Below the pieces are notes generated by a model, which was not told where the DNA came from, made no database searches, and worked only from the letters and a program-made list of their open reading frames with translations. DNA of 64,000 bases from the human T2T-CHM13v2.0 reference genome, Homo sapiens, in assembly GCF_009914755.1 (NCBI RefSeq), contig NC_060935.1. The stretch is one strand, 5' to 3'. Position 1 is the first letter of the stretch. Each line of letters opens with the position of its first letter. The position numbers and the translations under genes are program-made. This document shows, one piece after another, positions 56,125-64,000 of this stretch.

Positions 56125-59100
56125 AGAGTTTTCCTTTTTTATCATAGGCCTTTATGTGCTCCAAAATCACTTTGCAGATTCTAGGAAAAGAGTGTTTCCA
56201 AACTGCTGAATGAAAAAGAAGGGTTAACTCTGCAAGATGAATGCACACATCACAAATCAGTTTCTCATAAAGCTTCTTTCTAGTTTTAATCTGAAGATAT
56301 TTCCTTTTTCACCATAGGCCTCTATGAGCTCCCCAGTATCCCTTCATAGATTCTGCCAAAACAGTGTTTCTACACTGCTGAATGAAAAAAAAAAAAGATT
56401 TACCTTTGTGAGCTGAATACACACATCACGAAGGCATTTCTCAAATAGCTTCCTTCCAGTTTTTATCCTGGGATATTTTCTTTTTTGCCATTAGCCTCAA
56501 TGAGGTAAAAATGTCCAATCTCAGAATGCACAAAACAGTGTTTGTAAACTGCTGAATCCATAGAAATGTTTAACTCTGTGAGGTAAATGCGCACATCACA
56601 AATCAGTTTCTCACAAAGCTTCTTTCTAGGTTTTATCTGGATATATTTCCTTTTTTACCATAGGCATCAATGCACTCATAGAATTCCCTTCACAGATGCT
56701 ACGAAAACAGTGTTTCCAAACTGCTGAACCCAAAGAAAGGTTTAACTTTGTAAAAAGAATGCACACATCATAAAGCATTTTCTCAGAAAGCTTCTTTCTA
56801 CTTTTTATATGAAGATATTTCCTTTTTCACCATAGGCCATAAAGCACTCCGAAATATCCCATCGCAGATTCTGCAAAAACAGTGTTTCCAGACTGCTGAA
56901 TGAAAAGAAAGGTTTATCTCTGCAAGGTGCATGCTCACATCACTAAGCGGTTTCTCAGATGATAGATTCCTTCCAGATTTCACCCTGGGATATTCTTTTT
57001 TTTGTCATTGGCCTCAATGAGCTCCCAAATGTCAATTTGCCCAATGGACAAAAGCAGTGTTTGCAATTTGCTGAATCCACAGAAAGGTTTAACGGTGTGA
57101 GATGAAAGCTTAAATCACCAAGCAGTTTCTCAGAAAGCTTCTCTCTAGTTTTTATCTGATGATATTTCCTTTTTCACCATAGGCCTCAATGCACTCCAAA
57201 ACACTACTTCACCATTTCTACAAAAATGGTGTTTCCAGACTGCTGAATAAAAAGAAGTTTTAACTCTGCAAGGTGAATGCACACATCACAAAGGGGTTCT
57301 CAGAAAACTTCCTTCTAGTTTTTACCTTTGATATTTGCTTTTTCGCCATTGGCAGCAATGAGCTCTCATATATACTTTCACCTCTACAACAACAGTGTTT
57401 CCAAACTGCTGAATCCAAAGAAAGGCTTAACTATGTGAGTTGAATGCATACATCTCAAAGCAGTTTCTCAAAAGGCTTCTTTCTCGTTTTTATCCGAAGA
57501 TATTTCCTGTTTTACCATAGGCCTCTATGTGCTCCCAAGTATCCCTTCGTGGATTCTACCAAAAGAGCGTTTCCAGACTGCTGAATGAAAAGAAGGCTTT
57601 AACTCTGCTAGGTGAATGCACACATCACAAATCCGTATCTCAGATAGTTTCCTTCTAGTTTTTATTCTGGGATATTCTATTTTTTGCCATTGCCCCAATG
57701 AACGTTGAAATGTCTACTTGCAGAATGGACAAAAACAGTGTTTGCAAACAGCTGAATCCACAGAAAGGTTTAAGTCTGTGAGATGAATGCACATATTGCA
57801 AAGCAGTTTCTCAGATAGCTTATTTCTAGTTTTTATCTGAAGATATTTCATTTTTCACCATAAGCCTCAATGCGCTCCCAGATAGCCCTTTGCAGATTCC
57901 ACAAAAACAGTCTTTCCAAACTGCTGAATGAAAAGAAAGGTTTAACTCTGTGAGGTGAATGCACACATCACAAAGCAGTTTCTCAGATGATTTCCCAACT
58001 TTTTGTCCTGGGATATTCACTTTTTTGCTATGGACCTCAATGAGTTCCCTAATATACCTTCAGATATTCTACAACAGCAGTGTTTCCAACTGTTGAATTC
58101 AAATAAATGTTTAACTCTGTGAGATGAATTCACATATCACAATGCAGTTTCCCAGAAAGCTTCTTTCTAGTTTTTATCTGAAGAGATTTCCTTTTTCACC
58201 GTAGGCCTCTATGTGATCATAAATATCACTTCACAGATCATGCCATAACAGGGTTTCCAGACTACTGAATGAAAAGAAGGTTTTAACTCTGCTAGGTGAA
58301 TGCGCACACACATCACAAAGCTTTATCTCAGATAGCTTCCTTCCAATATTTATAATGGGATATTCACATCTTTGTCATTGGCTTCAATGAGCTCCTAAAC
58401 GTCCACTTGCAGAATGGACAAAAACAGTGTTTCCAGACTGCTGAATTAAAAGAAAGATTTATTTCAGTGAAGTGAATGCACACATCACAAAGTGGTTTCT
58501 CAGATAGCTTCCTTCCAGTTTTTATAATGGGATATTTGCTTTTTCACATTTGGCCTCAATAAGCTCCCAGATATCCCTTCACAGATTCTACAACAACAGT
58601 GTTTCCAAAGTGAAGACTGAAAAAAAAATTTAACTCTGTGAGATGAATGCACATATCAGAAAGCAGTTTCTCAGATTGCTTCCCTCTAGTTTTTTTCCTT
58701 GGGTGTTCGCTTTTTCGACATTCACTTTAATGAGATCCCAAATATGCCTTTGGAGATCCTAAAACTACAGGGTTTCCAAATTGCTGAGTCCAAAGAAAGG
58801 TTTAACTCTGGGAGATGAATGCACATATAACAAAGCAGTTTCTCGGAAACTTTCTAATTTTTATGTGAAGATATTTTCTTTCTCACCATAGGACTCAACG
58901 CGCTCCCTAATATGTCTTTGCAGAATGGACAAAAGCAGTGTTAGCAAATGTCTGAATCCATAGAAAGGATTAACTCTGTGAGATGAATGAACACATCACA
59001 AAGCAGATTCTCAAAGAGCTTCTTCATAGTTTTTATCTGAAGGTATTTCCTTTTTCACCATAGGACTCAATGTGATCACAGATATCACTGCACAGATTCT

Positions 59101-62100
59101 ACAAAGTTTTTCCAAACTTCTAAATGAAAAGAAAGGTTTAACTCTGCGAGATGAATGCACACATAACAAAGCAGTTTCTCAGAAAGTGTCTTTCTATTTT
59201 TTATCAGAATATATTTTCTTTTTCACCATAGGCCTCAATGTGCTCCCAAATATCCCATGGAGGATTCTGCCAAGACAGTGTTTCCAGATTGCTGAATGAA
59301 AAGAAAAGTTTATCTCTGTGAGGTGAATTCACACATCACAAAGTGGTTTCCAACATAGCTTCCTTCTAGTTTTTATGCTGGGATATTTCCTTTTTCGGCC
59401 TTGGCCTCAATGAACTCCAAATTTTCCATTCGCCTAATGGAACAAAACAGTGTTTGCAAACTGCTGAATCTACAGAAATGTTTAACTCCGTGAGATGAAA
59501 GCACACATCACACAGCAGACTCTCAGAAAGCTTCTTTCTAGTTTTTATTTGAAGAGATTTCCTTTTTTCACCATAGGCATCAATATGCTCCTTAGTATCA
59601 CTTTGCAGATTATTTGAAAAAAGTGTTTTCAAACTGTTGAATGAAATGAAAGGTTTAACTCTGTGAGATGAATGCACACACCCCAAAGCAGTTTCACATA
59701 GAGCTTCCTTCTAGTTTTTATCATGGGATATTCATTTTTTTCCATCGGCCTCAATGAGCTCTCAAATATACATTTCCAGAATGGATGAAAACTGTGTTTG
59801 CAAAATGCTGAACCCACAGAAAGTTTTAACCCTGTGAGATTATTGCCTACATCACAAGGCAGTTTCGCAGAAAACTTGTTTCTATATTTCATCTGAAGAT
59901 ATTTCTTTTTTCACCATAGGGCTAAATGCGCTCCCAAATATCCCTTCTCAGATTCTGTCAAAATGGTGTTTCCTGACTGCTGAATAAAAGAAAGCTTTGT
60001 CTGTGAGGTGAATTCAAACATCATTAATCAGTTTCTCAGATAGCTTCCTTCCAGTTTTTATGCTGGGATATTTGCATTTTTGACACTGGCCACAAGGAGC
60101 TCCCAAATATCCCTTCAAATATTCTACAACAGTGTTTCCAAATTGGTGAATCCACAGAAAGTTTGAACTCTGTGAGATGAATGCACACATCTCAAAGCAG
60201 TTTCTCAGAAAGTTTCTTTCTAGTTTTTACCTGAAGATATATCGTTTTTAACCATAGGCCTTAATGTGCTCCCAAATATCCCTTCCCAGATTCTGCCAAA
60301 ACAGTATTTCCAGACTGCTGTATGAAAAGAAAGTTTTATCTCTGTGAGGAGAATGCCCACATCACAGAGCAGTTTCTCAGATAGCTTCCTTCTGGTTTTC
60401 ATCCTGAGATATTTGCCTTTTCTCCATTGGTCTCAATGGGCTCCCAAATGTCCAGTCACAGAATGTACAAAAACAGTGTTAGCAAACTGCTGAATCAACA
60501 GAAAGTTTGAAATCTGTGAGGAAAGTTTTAACTGTGTGAGATGAATTCACATATCACAAAGCAGTTTCTCACAAAGCTTCTTTTTAATTTTTATCTGAAG
60601 ATATTTCCTTTTTCACCATAGGCCTGTTTGTGCTCCCAAATATCCTTTGGTGGATTCTGCCAAAACAGTGTTTCCAGACTGCTGTAGCAAAATAATGTTT
60701 TATCTCTGTTTGTTAGGTGAATACACATATCACAAAGTGTTTTCTAAGATAGTTTTTTTCTAGTTTTTTTTTCCTGGGATATTTCTTTTTTCATTATAGG
60801 TCTCAATGTGCTCCTAGTTATCACTTTATAGATTCTATGAAAACAGCTTTTCCAAACTGCTGAGTGAAAAGAAAAGTTTAATTCTGTGACATGAATGCAC
60901 ACATCACTAAGAGGTTTCTCAAAGAGCTTCCATCTAGTTTTTATCCAAGGATATTCACTTTTTTGTCATTGGCCTCAATGAGTTCCCAAATGTCCATTTG
61001 CAGAATGGACACAAAAAGTGTTTGCAAACTGCTGAATCCACAGAAATATTTAACTCTCTGAGATGAACGCACACATCGCAAAGAACTTTCTCAGAATACT
61101 TCTTTCTAGAATTTTTCTGAAGATATTTCCTTTTAACCATAGTCCTCAATACACTCCCAAATATAACTTCACAGATTCTACAAAAACAGTGTTTCCAAAC
61201 TGCTTAATGAAAAGAAAGATTTATCTCTGCAAGACGAATGCACATATCAAAAATTGGTTTCTCAAATAGATTTTTCTAGTTTTTATACTGGGATATTCAC
61301 TTTTTTTTGCCATTGTCCTCAATAAGCTCCCAAATATCCATTCACGGCTTCTACCTAAACAGTGTTTCCAGACTGCTGTATGAAAAGAAAGTTTTCTCCC
61401 TGTGAGGTGAATGCATGCATCACAAAGTTGTTTCTCAGATAGTTTCCTTCTAGTTTTTATGCTGGGATATTCGTTTTTTCACCACTGGCCTCAAAGAGCT
61501 CCCAAATATACCTTCACAGATTGTAAAACAACAGTGTTTCCAAAATGCTGAACCCAAAGAAAAGTTTAACTCTGTGAGAATAATGCATATATCTCAAAGC
61601 AGTTTCTCAGAAAGCTTCTTTCTAGTTTTTATCCTGAGATATTCTCTTATTTGTCGTTGGCCTCAATGAGCTCTGAAATATCTCTTCATAGATTCTACAA
61701 CAACAGTGTTTCCAACTGCTGAACCCAAAGAAAGGATTAACTCTGTGAGATCAATGCACACATCACAAAGCAGTTTCTCAGAAAGCTTCTTTCTAGTTTT
61801 TATCTGAAGATATTTACTTCTTCACCATAGGCTTCTATGTGCTCCCAAATGTCACTTTGCAGATTATGGCAAAACAGTGCTTCCAGACTGCTGAATGAAA
61901 AGACGGTTTCAACTCAGTGAGATAAATGCACACATCACCACGTGGTTTCTCAGACAGCTTCCTTCTAGTTTTTATCCTGGGTTATTTGTTTTTTCACCAT
62001 CGGCCTCTATGAGCTCCAAAAAGTCCATTTGCAGAATGGACAAAACCAGTGTTTGCAAACTGCTGAATCCACAGAAAGGTTTAACTCTGTGAGATTAATG

Positions 62101-64000
62101 TGCACATCACAAAGCAGTTTCTCAGAAAGCTTCTTTCCATTTTTTATCTGAACATATGTCCTTTTTCACCATAGGCCTCAAAATACTCTCCGATGTCACT
62201 TCACAGATTCTATGAAAACAGTGTTTCCACACTGCCCAATGAAAAGAAATGTTTAATTCTGTGAGAAGAAGACACACATCTGAAAGCACTTTCTCTGAAA
62301 GCTTCTTTTTAGTTTTTTTTTCTGAAGATATTTGCTTTTTCACCATAGGCCTCAATACACTACTAAATATTCCTTTGTGGATTCTGCCAAAACAGTGTTT
62401 CCAGACTGCTGAATGTAAAGAAAGGTATATCTCTGCATAGTGAATGGACACATCACAAAGTACTTTCTTGAAGAGCTTACTTCTGGTTTTTATTCTGAGA
62501 TATTCTTTTTTTGGCCATTGACCTCAATGAGCTCCCAAATGCCCATTTGCAGAATGGAGAAAATCAGTGTTTGCAAACTGCTGAATGCACAGAAAAATTT
62601 ATCTTTGTGGGATGAATACACACATCACAAAGCTGTTTTAAAGAAAGCTTCTTTCTGGTTTTTATCTGAAGATATTTCCTTTTTTCACCAGAGGCCTCAA
62701 TGCACTCCCAAATATAACTTTGCTGATTCTACAAAAGCAATGTTCCAAACTGCTGAATGAAAACAAAGGTTTAACTCTCTGAGATGAATGTACACATCAC
62801 AAGTTTCTCAGAAAGCTTCGTTCTAGTTTTTATCTGAAGTTATTTCCTTTTTCACAATAGGCCTCAATGCGCTATGAAATATCTCTTTGCAGATTCTGCG
62901 AAAAGAGTGTTTCCAGACTGCTGAATGAAAAGAAAGGTTTATATCTGTGAGGTGAATGCACACTTCACAAAGTGGTTTCTCGGATAGCTTCCTTTCAGTT
63001 CTTATCCTGGGATATTTGCTGTTTCACCATTGGACTCAATGAGCCCCCAAATGTCCATTCATACAATTGACATAAACAGTCTTTGCAAATGACTGATTCC
63101 ACAGAATCGTTTAACTCTGTGAGATGAATGCACACATCATGAAGGAATTTCTCTGAAAGCTTCTTTCTAGTTTTGACCTGAAGATATTTCCTTTTTCACC
63201 CTAGACCTCAATGTGTTCACAGATATGCCCTCAGAGATACTACAAAAACAGTGTTTCCAAACTGTTGAAAGAAAAGAAAGGTTTAACTCTGCAAGATGAA
63301 TGCACACATCACAAAGCAGTTTCTCAGATAGCTTCCTTTTAGTTTTTTTCCAGGGATAGTTGCCTTTTTGCCATTGGCCTCAGTGAGCTCCCAAATATCC
63401 CTTCGTAGGTTCTACAACAGTGTTTCTAAACTGCTGAGTCCAAAGAAACGTTTTACTCTGTGAAATGAATGCCAACATCAGAAAGCAGTTTCTCAGAAAG
63501 CTTCTTTCGAGTTTTTATCTGAAGATATTTCCTGTTTCACCATGGGCCTCAATGCACTCCCTAATATAGCTGCACAGATTCTATAAAAACAGTCTTTCCA
63601 AACGGCTGGAAGAAGAGAATGGTTTAATTCTGTGAGATGAATGTACACATCACAAAGTGGTTTCTCAGAAAGTTTCTTTCTATTTTTTTAGAAGATACTT
63701 TCTTTTTCACCAGAGTCCTCAATGCTCTCCCAAATACACCTTCACAGATTCTACAAAAAAAGATTTTCCAAACTACTGAATAAAAAAATGATTTAACTCT
63801 GTGATATGAATGCACACATGACAAAGAAGGTTCTCAGATAGCTTCATTCTAGTTTTATCCAGGGATATTTGCTTTTTGGCCTTTGGCCTCAATGACCTCT
63901 CAAATATCCTTTGATAGAATGGATAAAAACTTTGGATTCCAAAGTGTGGAATCCAAAGAAAGGTTGAAATTTGTGAGATGAATGCACCCATCACAAAGCA
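56125..64000 (-). repeat. Diverged alpha satellite array, reverse orientation; continues beyond window end
   Basis: Continuous 171-bp dimeric monomers. Confidence 0.97.

Noticed and set aside
60500-60540. ~20-bp tandem duplication (also the 7-bp CATCTCA duplication near 6515)
   Set aside because: Ordinary slippage within satellite DNA.

Overview
Non-coding primate pericentromeric DNA, probably human or another hominoid. About 92% of the window is diverged ~171-bp alpha satellite of an old, inactive type. I saw no CENP-B boxes, pJalpha/A-box motifs are common, and two monomer types alternate as a ~342-bp dimer with eroded 3-, 4- and 8-mer higher-order traces. The array switches strand three times (~6672, ~18848, ~21528). 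Four retrotransposons interrupt it: a 3.9-kb 5'-inverted L1PA3-like LINE-1, a 0.75-kb 5'-inverted L1PA4-like LINE-1, a full-length AluY-like element and a tail-less AluY-like half element. There is no intact gene: every listed ORF is translated satellite, Alu or broken L1 ORF2. I found no new protein-coding system. The interesting signals are structural. (1) Two strand switches are copies of one ancient junction, and one copy lacks ~255 bp at the centre. (2) One monomer subtype has five diagnostic bases that all complete a hairpin. (3) There is a one-off fold-back insertion. (4) One foreign, younger-type monomer is embedded in the array. (5) Retrotransposons inserted repeatedly at the same monomer position. 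All comparisons were made by eye, and subfamily calls rest on recalled consensus sequences.
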